A stretch of DNA of 64,000 nucleotides from Chitinophagaceae bacterium (GCA_947374225.1 CANCAY010000001.1:48841-112840); one strand, 5' to 3'; counted from the stretch's first letter, positions 50,701 through 60,828 are shown. The notes: generated by a model from the letters alone, not told the origin. Numbers and translations: made by a program.

Positions 50701-51073
50701 CTGCAGTAATGCTAATTTCAACATTTACATTTCTAGGCAATGTTTTTACAGCAACCGTTTCACGAGCTGGAAAATTGCTTGTAAAATAAGATCCGTACAC
50801 TTCATTTACTTGTGCAAAAAGTGCCATGTCACTTAGAAATATGGTAGTTTTCACCACATTCGCAAAGCCTAAGTTGGCAGCTTCTAATAATGATTGGATA
50901 TTTTCCATCACTTGCTTTGTCTCCGATTTAATATCTGACAATACTAATTCACCTGTAGCTGGGTCAAAAGCTACTTGTCCACTAGCAAAGAAAAAGCCAT
51001 TTGCAATGACTCCTTGGCTATAAGGTCCGATAGGTGCAGGTACTTTTTTTGATTCAATGATCTGTTTTGGCAT
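50687..51073 (-). CDS. RidA/YjgF family enamine deaminase
   Basis: PAPIGPYSQG, SGQV, VKTTIFL, NEVY..YF, PARETV, LP.NV.VEI. Confidence 0.93.
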   Translation of the reverse strand: MPKQIIESKKVPAPIGPYSQGVIANGFFFASGQVAFDPATGELVLSDIKSETKQVMENIQSLLEAANLGFANVVKTTIFLSDMALFAQVNEVYGSYFTSNFPARETVAVKTLPRNVNVEISITAVIEL

Positions 51074-51149
51074 AATATTTAATTAAGAATTGCAATTTCT
51101 TGTTTTTCTATCACTTGACCAACCTATTTTTGCAAAACAATCAAATACT

Positions 51150-51830
51150 TTGGCAATTTTACTACATATAGACACAGCAGGTGAAAAGGCGTTTGTCGCA
51201 ATAACCAATAACAATGAGGTATTAGGGATAGCGGAAAACAATATATCCAATACCCATGCCCAATTTGTTCAAGAAGCAATTGCTTCAATTTGCAGTACAA
51301 ATCATATTTCTTTACAAACTATAGATGCAGTAGTGGTAACCATGGGTCCTGGAAGCTATACCGGGCTAAGAGTTGGACTTTCTAGTGCCAAGGGTATTGC
51401 CTATGCGTTAAACAAGCCTTTAATTGGATTATCCACTTTGTCCTTACTTGCAAATGCTGCCAAAAAAATTATTACCGATAATAATAACATTGAAACTTCA
51501 TTCCAAATTTTTGCAATGATTGATGCTAGAAGGATGGAAGTATTTGGTGCCCTATTTAATCAGTCACTGGATATCATTTTACCAGAACAGGCAATTATTT
51601 TAGATACTGCTTTTCTTGAACAATGTATTTCAAATGGCCCCGTATATTGTATAGGATCAGGTGCTGCAAAAACAAAAGACTTATTGACGCATCCACTTTT
51701 ACATTTTATTGACAATCATTATCAAATTGAAGATTGTATAGCATTAGCCATAGAAAAATATAATAGTCAATCATTCGAAAACCTTGCATACGCAAGTCCA
51801 GCTTACATTAAGGACTTCTTTATGAAATAA
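51150..51830 (+). CDS. tsaB: tRNA threonylcarbamoyladenosine biosynthesis protein TsaB
   Basis: LHIDTA, GPGSYTGLRVG, MIDARRMEV; TTG start at 51150 inferred after TATTTTTG (51125-51132). Confidence 0.92.
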   Translation: MAILLHIDTAGEKAFVAITNNNEVLGIAENNISNTHAQFVQEAIASICSTNHISLQTIDAVVVTMGPGSYTGLRVGLSSAKGIAYALNKPLIGLSTLSLLANAAKKIITDNNNIETSFQIFAMIDARRMEVFGALFNQSLDIILPEQAIILDTAFLEQCISNGPVYCIGSGAAKTKDLLTHPLLHFIDNHYQIEDCIALAIEKYNSQSFENLAYASPAYIKDFFMK

Positions 51831-51933
51831 GTATAGAAATTAAGGTAAATTAAAGTTCATTGACGGTTTTAGGAAAAATGTACATCGAAAGCATAATATA
51901 TTACGAAAATATACATATTTAGACATTATGTCT

Positions 51934-51941
51934 TAACTTTG
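51934..51941 (+). promoter_or_regulatory. -7 element TAACTTTG of the ArsR gene, abutting the inverted repeat AGACAT-T-ATGTCT (51921-51933)
   Basis: consensus match plus 6-1-6 palindrome. Confidence 0.55.
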
Positions 51942-51982
51942 TAATGCAATTTTAGTTCTTAACCCCCAATACTTTTATTGTC

Positions 51983-52318
51983 ATGAACCAATCATTACCC
52001 GTATTACAACTTGCAAATGGCAAAGCGCCTTTGAAAGTGGATTTGTTGCATAGCAAAAAAGCTGCAATGATTCTAAGAGCCTTAAACCACAAATTACGTC
52101 AGCAAATTTTGAAGCTAATAGACGAGCATCAAAAAATGACAGTTACTGAAATTTATGTAAAACTTAGATTAGAACAATCTGTTGCTTCGCAACATTTGGC
52201 TATTTTAAGAAGAGCAGGTATCGTTGTAACAATTCGTGAAGGAAAATTTATTTTTTACCAAGTAGACTACACACGTTTAGAGCAAGTAAATCAATTTGTT
52301 GAACAATTAGTAGGGTAA
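51983..52318 (+). CDS. ArsR/SmtB family transcriptional regulator
   Basis: LRALNHKLRQQIL, wHTH EQSVASQHLAILRRAGIV, REGKFIFY. Confidence 0.9.
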   Translation: MNQSLPVLQLANGKAPLKVDLLHSKKAAMILRALNHKLRQQILKLIDEHQKMTVTEIYVKLRLEQSVASQHLAILRRAGIVVTIREGKFIFYQVDYTRLEQVNQFVEQLVG

Positions 52319-52327
52319 ATTTTACAA

Positions 52328-52999
52328 ATGTTATTATCCATTGAACAATTCCAGGAGCTATTAAAAGAAGATCAAGTTATAGTATTAGATACTAGAACAC
52401 TGGACGACTTAAAACAGGGCTATGTGCCTAATTCAATTCATTCACCTAAACATCAAATAGGTAAATTAATTGCTATGGGGTTTATACAACTAGATAGTCC
52501 TATTATTTTAATAGCTCCTAATGGAGCTGAGCAAGAAGCACTGACTATTTTTGAGAAGCTAGGTTTTAGCAATATTAAAGGAGTTTTGCAAGGTGGATTT
52601 GAATCCTGGATTCAAGCAGAAAAGAAATTTGATATCTTAATTGATGTTGACGTTGACGAATTAGCTATGGATATTCCATTTGACGAATACCTAATGATAC
52701 TGGACGTAAGAACAGAAGACCAATATCAAGATAGTCATATCAAGAGTTCCATTAGTTTGCCATTAGTTGAATTAGCTGACCCTGGAAGTATGTCAGAATT
52801 AGACGAACATTTTAATATTTATATTATTAGTGATAATGGAGAAGATGCGAGTATTGCATCCACTATATTAAAAAAGCAAGGAATACATAATAATAGAATC
52901 GTGAACGATGGCTGGGAAGCAGTTCAATTTTTGAAAGATAAATTCAAGTTTGACAAATTAAAAGCGCCTAAAAAATCAGACGATATATTAGATATCTAG
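52328..52999 (+). CDS. tandem rhodanese-like domain protein, no cysteine
   Basis: two LD(T/V)R...(G/S)(Y/H)(V/I)..S repeats, L.GGF.SW. Confidence 0.8.
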   Translation: MLLSIEQFQELLKEDQVIVLDTRTLDDLKQGYVPNSIHSPKHQIGKLIAMGFIQLDSPIILIAPNGAEQEALTIFEKLGFSNIKGVLQGGFESWIQAEKKFDILIDVDVDELAMDIPFDEYLMILDVRTEDQYQDSHIKSSISLPLVELADPGSMSELDEHFNIYIISDNGEDASIASTILKKQGIHNNRIVNDGWEAVQFLKDKFKFDKLKAPKKSDDILDI

Positions 53000-53889
53000 T
53001 TATTAGAAACTAATAACTTACTGTGCTTCTCAGCTTCAAATGTATATTTCCAACGTCGGTGACTCCATAAATAATTAGACGGCTGTTGTTTTATTTTCTC
53101 TTCTAATGTTTTTACATATAAAGCCGTCAATTGCCCGTCTTTAAAGTAGTTTGGAGAAGTTGTCATTATCTCATATTCTGAATGATAATGCCCTCTACTA
53201 GTTCTGTAAAAATGGACAAATACTTGTGCAGTATTATTTAACTTTGCGCCTTTTTCGGGACCTTTTACAAATGGTGTAGGTTGTCCAAAAAACGGAACCC
53301 AAAAAGCGGACATAGGGTTTCCTGGGTTTTGATCTGCGGCCAATGCCATTGCATAATTACCTTTACTAGCATATTGATGAAACTGATTCTTGAAATTAGT
53401 AGCAGGAATCATGATACTTCCATATCTAGCTCGCATATCCAAAATCATTTTGTCAAAAAAACGATTTCCTAAAGGCATGTACACTACAATAAATGGATAC
53501 TTACTATATTTTGCGATACCCCAATTAGCGAACTCCCAGTTAAAAAAATGGCCCGCCATAATTTGAACGCTTTGTCCTGTTGCATGTAAATTATTTAGCA
53601 CTTCCACATTTGAAGTAAACCTCTTTTCAAAACTCTTAGTCGACATTGATAAAAGTTTTATAGTCTCAACAAACGAGTCTGTAAATTGTTGGTAGAACTC
53701 CGAGGCAATTTTTTTTCTTTCTGATTCTGATTTATTTGGGAATGCAATTTCTAAATTACGTTTAACAACGTCTACCCTATATCTTATAACATGTTGCAAT
53801 AAAAAAGCAATAAAGTCACTAATCAAATAAAATATCTTCCAAGGTATTAAAGAGATTACATAAAAAAGACTATAAAAAATTGTATACAT
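52996..53889 (-). CDS. lipid A acyltransferase / lysophospholipid acyltransferase (LpxL/HtrB family)
   Basis: GHFFNWE, ADQNP, PFFGQPT...GPE, YLWSHRRWK; start moved to ATG 53889. Confidence 0.88.
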   Translation of the reverse strand: MYTIFYSLFYVISLIPWKIFYLISDFIAFLLQHVIRYRVDVVKRNLEIAFPNKSESERKKIASEFYQQFTDSFVETIKLLSMSTKSFEKRFTSNVEVLNNLHATGQSVQIMAGHFFNWEFANWGIAKYSKYPFIVVYMPLGNRFFDKMILDMRARYGSIMIPATNFKNQFHQYASKGNYAMALAADQNPGNPMSAFWVPFFGQPTPFVKGPEKGAKLNNTAQVFVHFYRTSRGHYHSEYEIMTTSPNYFKDGQLTALYVKTLEEKIKQQPSNYLWSHRRWKYTFEAEKHSKLLVSNN

Positions 53890-53908
53890 GATATTAGGAT
53901 TACTGCTG

Positions 53909-55927
53909 CTATTGGGGATCAACCCAAGCATCGTTTTCTTTTAATAATTTTATTAATTCATCTACAGCAATCGCACTATCAATATTTCGCTTCATTACTT
54001 CTTTACCCTTGTAAAGTGTGATTTTCCCAACACCACTTCCCACATATCCAAAATCCGCATCTGCCATTTCTCCTGGACCATTAACAATACATCCCATAAT
54101 AGCTATTTTAAGCCCTTTCAAGTGATTCGTAACTTTTCTAATTTTTGCAGTAGTCTCTTGTAACTCGAAAAGTGTTCGTCCGCAACTTGGACAAGAAATA
54201 TATTCTGTCTTAGAAATTCTAGTTCTTGTTGCCTGTAAAATTCCAAAACTTGTAGCGTTTAAAAATTGCTCGATAGAAGTATTATTTACATAATTTCTAC
54301 CAGACACTTGGCCCATTTCATTCGTACCGGTTGTTGCAGTTTTATACACTTCATTTGAAACTTCTAAAAATATACCATCTCCCATGCCATCCAAGAACAA
54401 AGCTCCAGTTTCAGTAGCAAAATGAATTAAATGTTCATCAGTACTTATCCAATTGCTCTGTGTCATTAAAATTACTGGCGTTTCTATTTGCAATTCCATC
54501 AACTTAACAACCATTCTTCTCACCGCTGGCATTGCATTTACTAAAGAACTACCTAAACAAAATACTACGGTAGGGTCTTTGGCTATTGACATTAACTCAT
54601 CGTCTGAAATAGTTGAGTTGGTACTATAGCAGTCAACCATTACAAAATTAATAGTACTGCTTTTTTTGGCAGTTCCTAAAAATTCAGAGGCGTTAAATAA
54701 TGGGAAATATTTTTGTTCCCCTAAATTAGGTTCCCAATTTGCTTGGTTTATGATAACGCTAAGGGTTCCTGGTAAATCAAAGTTCAAATGCTGTGACCCT
54801 GTATATACATAGTCTGCCGCAGCATCCGCAATATTCCATTTATCCGTGATTTCATTATAGGTATAACCAATTGCAATAAGGGTAGCTGGGCTTATATTTT
54901 CAATACGGTTAATATCGGCAATGACTACTGGCACATGAGTACCTCCAATATTCCCAATGTTATTGGTATGTCTTCTTTTATATTCAAATGGACTATAGGT
55001 CAATTTTTCAATTGGAAGAATAGAATTAGAATTTTGTATTGCTCTATTATTATATCTTTTTACAATATCCTTACAAACTGGTATTTCTAATTCTGGGTCT
55101 TCTGTTAGACTCACTCTTATTGTATCACCAATTCCGTCTTCTAATAATGTTCCAATTCCAATAGCACTTTTAATACGGCCGTCCTCCCCATCTCCCGCTT
55201 CTGTAACACCTAAATGTAAAGGATAAGATTCCCCAAATTCGTGCTGCATTTGTTGTAATAATAAACGATAAGCCTGCACCATTACTTGAGGATTACTAGA
55301 TTTCATACTTAATATGATCTGATGATAATCCAAGCTTCTTGCAATACGCAAAAATTCCATCGCACTTTCCACCATACCATTGGCAGTATCTCCATACCTG
55401 CTCATAATACGGTCACTCAATGATCCATGATTCGTTCCAATACGCATGGCAGTGCCATTTGCTTTACAAATTAATACTAATGGAGAAAATCGCTCTCTAA
55501 TACGTTCTATTTCTTCTATATATTCTTCGTCCGTATATTCAATTTGTTCAAATTTCTTTTTGTCTACATAGTTACCTGGATTCACCCTCACTTTTTCAAC
55601 TATGGTCGCTGCAATTTCTGCAGCATTTGGAGTAAAGTGAATATCAGCAACCAAAGGTGTATCATAACCCTTCGCTCTTAGTGATGCTTTTATATTTGCT
55701 AAATTATCTGCTTCTTTCTTACTTGGGGCAGTAATCCTAACCAGCTCTGCACCAGCTTCAATACATTGAATCACCTGAGCCACTGTTTTATCAGTATCCA
55801 TAGTGTCCGTTGTTGTCATAGTTTGAACTCTTATTGGATTGCCTCCTCCAATAGTTAGATTACCCACTTTTACTTCACGGGTAATGAATCGCTGATACGC
55901 GGTAAGAGAATTACAATATTGTTGCAT
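53909..55927 (-). CDS. ispG: (E)-4-hydroxy-3-methylbut-2-enyl diphosphate synthase, long three-domain form
   Basis: RVQTMTTT, VADIHF, RVNPGN, RIGTNHGSLS, PLHLGVTEAG, ISCPSCGR, MGCIVNGPGE. Confidence 0.96.
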   Translation of the reverse strand: MQQYCNSLTAYQRFITREVKVGNLTIGGGNPIRVQTMTTTDTMDTDKTVAQVIQCIEAGAELVRITAPSKKEADNLANIKASLRAKGYDTPLVADIHFTPNAAEIAATIVEKVRVNPGNYVDKKKFEQIEYTDEEYIEEIERIRERFSPLVLICKANGTAMRIGTNHGSLSDRIMSRYGDTANGMVESAMEFLRIARSLDYHQIILSMKSSNPQVMVQAYRLLLQQMQHEFGESYPLHLGVTEAGDGEDGRIKSAIGIGTLLEDGIGDTIRVSLTEDPELEIPVCKDIVKRYNNRAIQNSNSILPIEKLTYSPFEYKRRHTNNIGNIGGTHVPVVIADINRIENISPATLIAIGYTYNEITDKWNIADAAADYVYTGSQHLNFDLPGTLSVIINQANWEPNLGEQKYFPLFNASEFLGTAKKSSTINFVMVDCYSTNSTISDDELMSIAKDPTVVFCLGSSLVNAMPAVRRMVVKLMELQIETPVILMTQSNWISTDEHLIHFATETGALFLDGMGDGIFLEVSNEVYKTATTGTNEMGQVSGRNYVNNTSIEQFLNATSFGILQATRTRISKTEYISCPSCGRTLFELQETTAKIRKVTNHLKGLKIAIMGCIVNGPGEMADADFGYVGSGVGKITLYKGKEVMKRNIDSAIAVDELIKLLKENDAWVDPQ

Positions 55928-55929
55928 AA

Positions 55930-56670
55930 TTAGCGCACTCCTTTTAAAAAGCCTTGTTGTGTCAAAATAGACTTTAAAGCTTGAACATTTTTATTAAGTA
56001 TTCCTAAATTACTTTTAGCATTAGTATGTAACACGAAAAAGAATGGATGTTTATTCTCTTCAACATAACCTATTATCCAACATGCATTATTTTGAGTAGC
56101 GTCAGCTGCTGCTATATAACTCAATTTATAATTTGCATTATCTTCCTTAAGAATCATTTTTTTAAAAATTTCTTGAGATCGCTTTTGAAAATACAATTCA
56201 TTAAAATATAATTTCTTAATCAAGCCCAATTGCTCGTCTGCTGTAATATTTAAAGAATTATCGAACCAAAAACTATCTAGTTGTGCGCTCACAATTCCCT
56301 TCCCATAATGTAAAGAGTCAATAGTTTTCATGATTTCAGTTCTTCCAATTTTTTGAATCAATTGGCTATAGGTTCCAGTAGAGTCCATAGCTACCCAAGT
56401 ACTACTATCATGCGTGATAAAACCCTTGTCAATGCCTACTAAAGCAGGTACAACAAAAAAGCTATTCAATGGAGCATAAGCAGAATCCTTATAGCTGGAC
56501 AAATTATGGATTGTAAATAATTCGGTTCCATTTTCCAATAATGCAAATGTTCCTTGTAAACCAGCACTATCTAATACTTTAGCAATAGCTGGGTCTGATT
56601 TTACATTATTAGGTGTACAACCAAAAGCCACCATTACTATCAATACAATCGAACTAACTATTTGCTTCAT
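55930..56670 (-). CDS. class D beta-lactamase/transpeptidase-fold lipoprotein lacking catalytic motifs
   Basis: lipobox AFGC; GTFALL, YGK, FWFDNSLNITADEQL..IKKLY..EL, W.IGYVE follow the OXA pattern, but STFK and KTG are absent. Confidence 0.75.
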   Translation of the reverse strand: MKQIVSSIVLIVMVAFGCTPNNVKSDPAIAKVLDSAGLQGTFALLENGTELFTIHNLSSYKDSAYAPLNSFFVVPALVGIDKGFITHDSSTWVAMDSTGTYSQLIQKIGRTEIMKTIDSLHYGKGIVSAQLDSFWFDNSLNITADEQLGLIKKLYFNELYFQKRSQEIFKKMILKEDNANYKLSYIAAADATQNNACWIIGYVEENKHPFFFVLHTNAKSNLGILNKNVQALKSILTQQGFLKGVR

Positions 56671-56710
56671 ACTATTTGTTTATAGAAGTCCAAAATTACC
56701 ACATTATATT

Positions 56711-56747
56711 AAATAAAACACCCTGAACATTGGAATGTTCAGGGTGT
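56711..56747 (-). terminator. intrinsic terminator of FKBP gene
   Basis: ACACCCTGAACAT/ATGTTCAGGGTGT 13-bp stem; T-rich tail on the minus strand. Confidence 0.8.
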
Positions 56748-56766
56748 CCTTTTATAACCGACTATA

Positions 56767-57492
56767 TTAGTTAATTCCTAATAATTCTACTTCAAATATC
56801 AAAGTAGATCCAGGTCCAATTAAGGCACCAGCAGAACGTTCGCCATAAGCTAATTCAGATGGGATATACAATTTCCACTTACTTCCAACTGTCATTAACT
56901 GCAATGCTTCTTGCCATCCCTTAATTACTCCATTTAAAGGGAAACTGATAGGCTCTCCTCTTTGAACAGAACTATCAAACACAGTTCCGTTAATTAAAGT
57001 GCCATGGTAATGACATCTTACTGTATTTTTTAAAGTAGGTTTTGCGGTATCTGTACCAGCAACTATTACTTCATATTGTAAGCCATTCGTTAATCGAACA
57101 ACTCCTGGTCTTTTAGCATTCGCAGCTAAAAATTCAGCGCCTGCTGCACGGTTGGCAGCGATTTTTTCTGTACTCATTTTATCTTGGTATGTTTTAATGC
57201 AAATGTCTAATAAACTGTCTGGTATTACTGATTTAGATTGAACACCGGCAGCAAATCCTTTTTCAAATAATGACATGCTAATGTCTTGCAATCCTTGACC
57301 TTTCATGCTTTGTGCAATTCTATATCCTAAAGCATAAGATGCGCTGTCTTTGGTTGTTTTTAAAGCCTGTGCAGCACTATAAGTTATAGCTAATTTAGGC
57401 TTAGTAATAGGTTTACCTACTGCAGTTTTTGTTTGTGCCTGCACGGTAACTAATGCTCCTAGAAATGCAAATATTAAAATCCCTTTTTTCAT
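56767..57492 (-). CDS. FKBP-type peptidyl-prolyl cis-trans isomerase (FklB/Mip-like)
   Basis: SASYALG, NGLQYEV, VRCHYHGTLINGTVFDSS, VIKGWQEAL, IPSELAYG, STLIFEVELL. Confidence 0.93.
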   Translation of the reverse strand: MKKGILIFAFLGALVTVQAQTKTAVGKPITKPKLAITYSAAQALKTTKDSASYALGYRIAQSMKGQGLQDISMSLFEKGFAAGVQSKSVIPDSLLDICIKTYQDKMSTEKIAANRAAGAEFLAANAKRPGVVRLTNGLQYEVIVAGTDTAKPTLKNTVRCHYHGTLINGTVFDSSVQRGEPISFPLNGVIKGWQEALQLMTVGSKWKLYIPSELAYGERSAGALIGPGSTLIFEVELLGIN

Positions 57493-57538
57493 AGTATCTC
57501 TTTTAAAATATAGAATTTATTAAGTCGCCAAAAATACA

Positions 57539-58876
57539 TTAGATATTTAATAATAACTGAATTTGTTTGTCAACTTTAACAATTTCCATACTATCCAATA
57601 CCTTCTTCATTTCGGACGCTATTTGTGCGGTACAAAGATTCCCTATACTGCCTTCATGCGTATGTGCTAACTGTGTAGAATAGGTGAAATTTCCTGCTTC
57701 AATTGCCAAACCCACTTGTTTATAGGCATCTCTAAATGGTGTGCCGGCATTAACTAATTTATTAACTTCCTCTACACTAAATAAAAATTGGTACTTAGGG
57801 TCTTCCAACAAATCCTTTTTAACATGCATATTCTCTATCATCAAGCATGCCATTTCAATACAATTTTTTAATTGCGTAAATGCTGGGAATAAATGTTCTT
57901 TTAATAATTGTAAATCGCGATGATAACCAGAAGGCAAATTAGTGGTCATCATCATGATTTCATTAGGCAATGCTTTAATACGATTACAGTAAGATCGTAT
58001 TAACTCAAAAACGTCTGGATTTTTTTTATGCGGCATGATACTAGAACCTGTCGTTAATTCTTCTGGAAAACTAATAAAACCAAAATTTTGATTTAAAAAC
58101 AAACAGGCATCCATACTTAATCTTGAAAGTGTGTCTGCAATATTAGCCATCGCCATAGCAGTTACACGCTCTGCCTTACCTCTTCCCATTTGAGCATATA
58201 CTACATTAAAATTGAGTGTATCGAATCCTAATAGTTCTGTTGTTCTAGTTCTATTAATAGGAAATGAAGAACCATAGCCTGCTGCAGAACCTAAGGGGTT
58301 TTTATTCACCACTTTGTAGGCAGCTTGTAACATGGTCATGTCGTCCACTAAACTTTCCGCATACGCACCTAGCCATAAACCGAAAGAAGATGGCATAGCT
58401 AATTGTAAATGAGTATAGCCAGGTAATAAGTCAGACTTATGTGCTTCACTTTTTTCCTGTAATAATTTAAATAAGGTTTCAACAGAAGTTGTAAGTGAAA
58501 TTATTTCCGCACGTAAGAATAATTTTATGTCTACTAAAACTTGATCATTTCTACTTCTTGCGCTATGAATTTTTTTACCAATATCCCCCAATTTAGCAGT
58601 TAATAGCATTTCAACTTGAGAATGAATGTCTTCTACTCCTTCCTCTAAATTAAAATCTCCTTTTTGTATAGTTTGATAAATCTCAACTAAGGCAGCTTTA
58701 AGTTGCACTTGTTCTTCCTTAGTAAGCAAGCCTACTTCAGACAACATGGTAGTATGTGCAATAGAACCTAGCACATCATAAGCAGCTAAGTACTTATCCA
58801 TGGCTTGGTCATTACCAATGGTGAATTTTTCAACAGCTGTTGCTACTTTACTGTTCTTTTGCCAAAGCTTGCTCAT
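57539..58876 (-). CDS. argH: argininosuccinate lyase
   Basis: HSARSRNDQV, PGYTHLQ, TGSSIMPHKKNPD, SGYHRDLQ. Confidence 0.96.
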   Translation of the reverse strand: MSKLWQKNSKVATAVEKFTIGNDQAMDKYLAAYDVLGSIAHTTMLSEVGLLTKEEQVQLKAALVEIYQTIQKGDFNLEEGVEDIHSQVEMLLTAKLGDIGKKIHSARSRNDQVLVDIKLFLRAEIISLTTSVETLFKLLQEKSEAHKSDLLPGYTHLQLAMPSSFGLWLGAYAESLVDDMTMLQAAYKVVNKNPLGSAAGYGSSFPINRTRTTELLGFDTLNFNVVYAQMGRGKAERVTAMAMANIADTLSRLSMDACLFLNQNFGFISFPEELTTGSSIMPHKKNPDVFELIRSYCNRIKALPNEIMMMTTNLPSGYHRDLQLLKEHLFPAFTQLKNCIEMACLMIENMHVKKDLLEDPKYQFLFSVEEVNKLVNAGTPFRDAYKQVGLAIEAGNFTYSTQLAHTHEGSIGNLCTAQIASEMKKVLDSMEIVKVDKQIQLLLNI

Positions 58877-59976
58877 AATTTAAAAATGTTTTCAAGTAAT
58901 TCAATATAGGTCACAATTCCTTCCTCTATTTCGTTTATAAAAATATATTCATCTGCGGTATGACTTCTTGCAGAATCTCCAGGTCCCATTTTTAAGGTTG
59001 GGAATTTCATTAAAGCCTTGTCGGAGGTAGTTACAGATCCATAATAACCTTTACCCAATGTTAAACCAGCTTTAACTACTGGATGGTCTAATGCAATGCC
59101 AGTGGACCTCATTCTTACACTACGAGGCGTCACTGTAGCACCCACGTGCTTACCAATAGTTACTAATATTTCTTCAAAACTATATAACTCATTCACACGA
59201 ACATCCACTACCATCTTACAGGTAGATGGAACTACATTATGTTGTTTATTATCCGTCTCAATTACAGTTACCGTCATTTTCACCGCACCCAATAATTCTG
59301 AAACTTTTTCAAATTGATACGATCTAAACCAATCAAGGTCCGGCAGGATTTTATAAAGTGCATTTTCCCCTTCCTCTCTTGCAGCGTGTCCAGCTTTACC
59401 AGTTGCCACCACATCCAAAACCATCAACCCTCTTTCAGCAATGGCCATTTCTAATAATGTTGGCTCCCCTACTATGCCAAATTCGATAGCTGGAATAAAT
59501 TGCAAAGCCAATTCGATTCCATCATGCCCAGAAATTTCTTCCTCAGCAGAAGCTACTAACACTATATTATATGGCAAGTCCTTTTTATCATGATAGAACA
59601 AAAATGTAGCAATCAAACTCACTAAACATCCTCCAGCATCATTACTACCCAATCCGTATATTTTACCATCGTGTTCAAATGGACTAAATGGTTCAAAACT
59701 GTATCCTTTATTAGGTTTTACTGTATCATGATGAGAATTTAATAAAATAGATTTTTTATTTGCATCAAAATGCAAGTTAGTAGCCCAGATATTATTTTTA
59801 ATTCGATCCGTTTTAATACCATGTTCTTTTAGAAAAAGCTCAATAATAGAAGCAGTTTCGTGTTCCTCTTTACTAAATGAAGGTATTGCTATTAGTGTTT
59901 TTAATAAATTGATAGCGTCTTTTTGAAGCGCTTTTATTGTTTCTATATTTTCTTTAATGTAATTATTGTGTGACAT
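58873..59976 (-). CDS. argE: M20 family deacylase (ArgE-like; probably N-acyl-citrulline deacylase)
   Basis: NSHHDTV, GLGSNDAGG, AEEE, GEPT, GHAA, GPG.S.RSHTADE; inside the arg operon. Confidence 0.8.
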   Translation of the reverse strand: MSHNNYIKENIETIKALQKDAINLLKTLIAIPSFSKEEHETASIIELFLKEHGIKTDRIKNNIWATNLHFDANKKSILLNSHHDTVKPNKGYSFEPFSPFEHDGKIYGLGSNDAGGCLVSLIATFLFYHDKKDLPYNIVLVASAEEEISGHDGIELALQFIPAIEFGIVGEPTLLEMAIAERGLMVLDVVATGKAGHAAREEGENALYKILPDLDWFRSYQFEKVSELLGAVKMTVTVIETDNKQHNVVPSTCKMVVDVRVNELYSFEEILVTIGKHVGATVTPRSVRMRSTGIALDHPVVKAGLTLGKGYYGSVTTSDKALMKFPTLKMGPGDSARSHTADEYIFINEIEEGIVTYIELLENIFKL

Positions 59977-60758
59977 TAGATTTTGATTGTAGTACCAGCG
60001 GTACCGTTAATTAATTCATTCATTTTTTCTGCCTTACCAATGATGACTGATTGTACACCACCGTCTAAGGCTAAATACGCATTGTCGATTTTGGGTACCA
60101 TTCCTTCGAAGATGACTTTATCTTCTTTAAGTTTGGCGTAACTGGGTCTATCGATTTTTGCTATGACTGAACTGGGGTTGTTAATATCCACTAAAACCCC
60201 TTCCTTTTCAAAACCATATATCAAATGCACATTGTAGATAGCTGCCAAAGCAGTTGCAATACTTTGAGCAATGGTATCCGCATTCGTATTCAATAATTGT
60301 CCATTACCGTCATGGGTAATTGGGGCAATAACTAATCTATTATTATTGGAAACTAGTAATTGAATTAAATCAACATTTACTTTATCAACATCTCCTACAT
60401 AACCATAATCTATTGAAGCATTTACTCTTTTATGCGCTTGTATTAAATTACCGTCAACTCCTGTTAATCCAATTGCCTTTACACCTATCCCTTGCAACTG
60501 TGCCACTATATTTTTATTGATGTATCCGGCATACACCATGGTCACAATTTTTAAAGTTGCTTCATCTGTAATTCTTCTGCCTTCAATCATTGTCTGTTCC
60601 ACACCCATTGTTGTTGCTAAATTGGTGGCTAATTTTCCACCGCCGTGCACTAAAATAGCCTGCCCCTTTATGGTAGCAAAAGCTTGTAGGCATTCAGTTA
60701 ACAATGCTGGATTGTCAACAATATTACCCCCTATTTTAATGACGTATAATGGTTCCAT
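59976..60758 (-). CDS. argB: acetylglutamate (acylglutamate) kinase
   Basis: VIKIGGN, VHGGG, GRRITD, NTNADTIA, GMVPK. Confidence 0.94.
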   Translation of the reverse strand: MEPLYVIKIGGNIVDNPALLTECLQAFATIKGQAILVHGGGKLATNLATTMGVEQTMIEGRRITDEATLKIVTMVYAGYINKNIVAQLQGIGVKAIGLTGVDGNLIQAHKRVNASIDYGYVGDVDKVNVDLIQLLVSNNNRLVIAPITHDGNGQLLNTNADTIAQSIATALAAIYNVHLIYGFEKEGVLVDINNPSSVIAKIDRPSYAKLKEDKVIFEGMVPKIDNAYLALDGGVQSVIIGKAEKMNELINGTAGTTIKI

Positions 60759-60828
60759 ACTTTAAGCAGTTATTTGCAACTGTTTATTTTAAATTTGAAG
60801 ATTATGTACTTTAATACATTATCAACTT

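Noticed and set aside
53909-55927. Oversized IspG (672 aa)
   Set aside because: The three-domain long form is established in Bacteroidota, Chlamydiae and plants.
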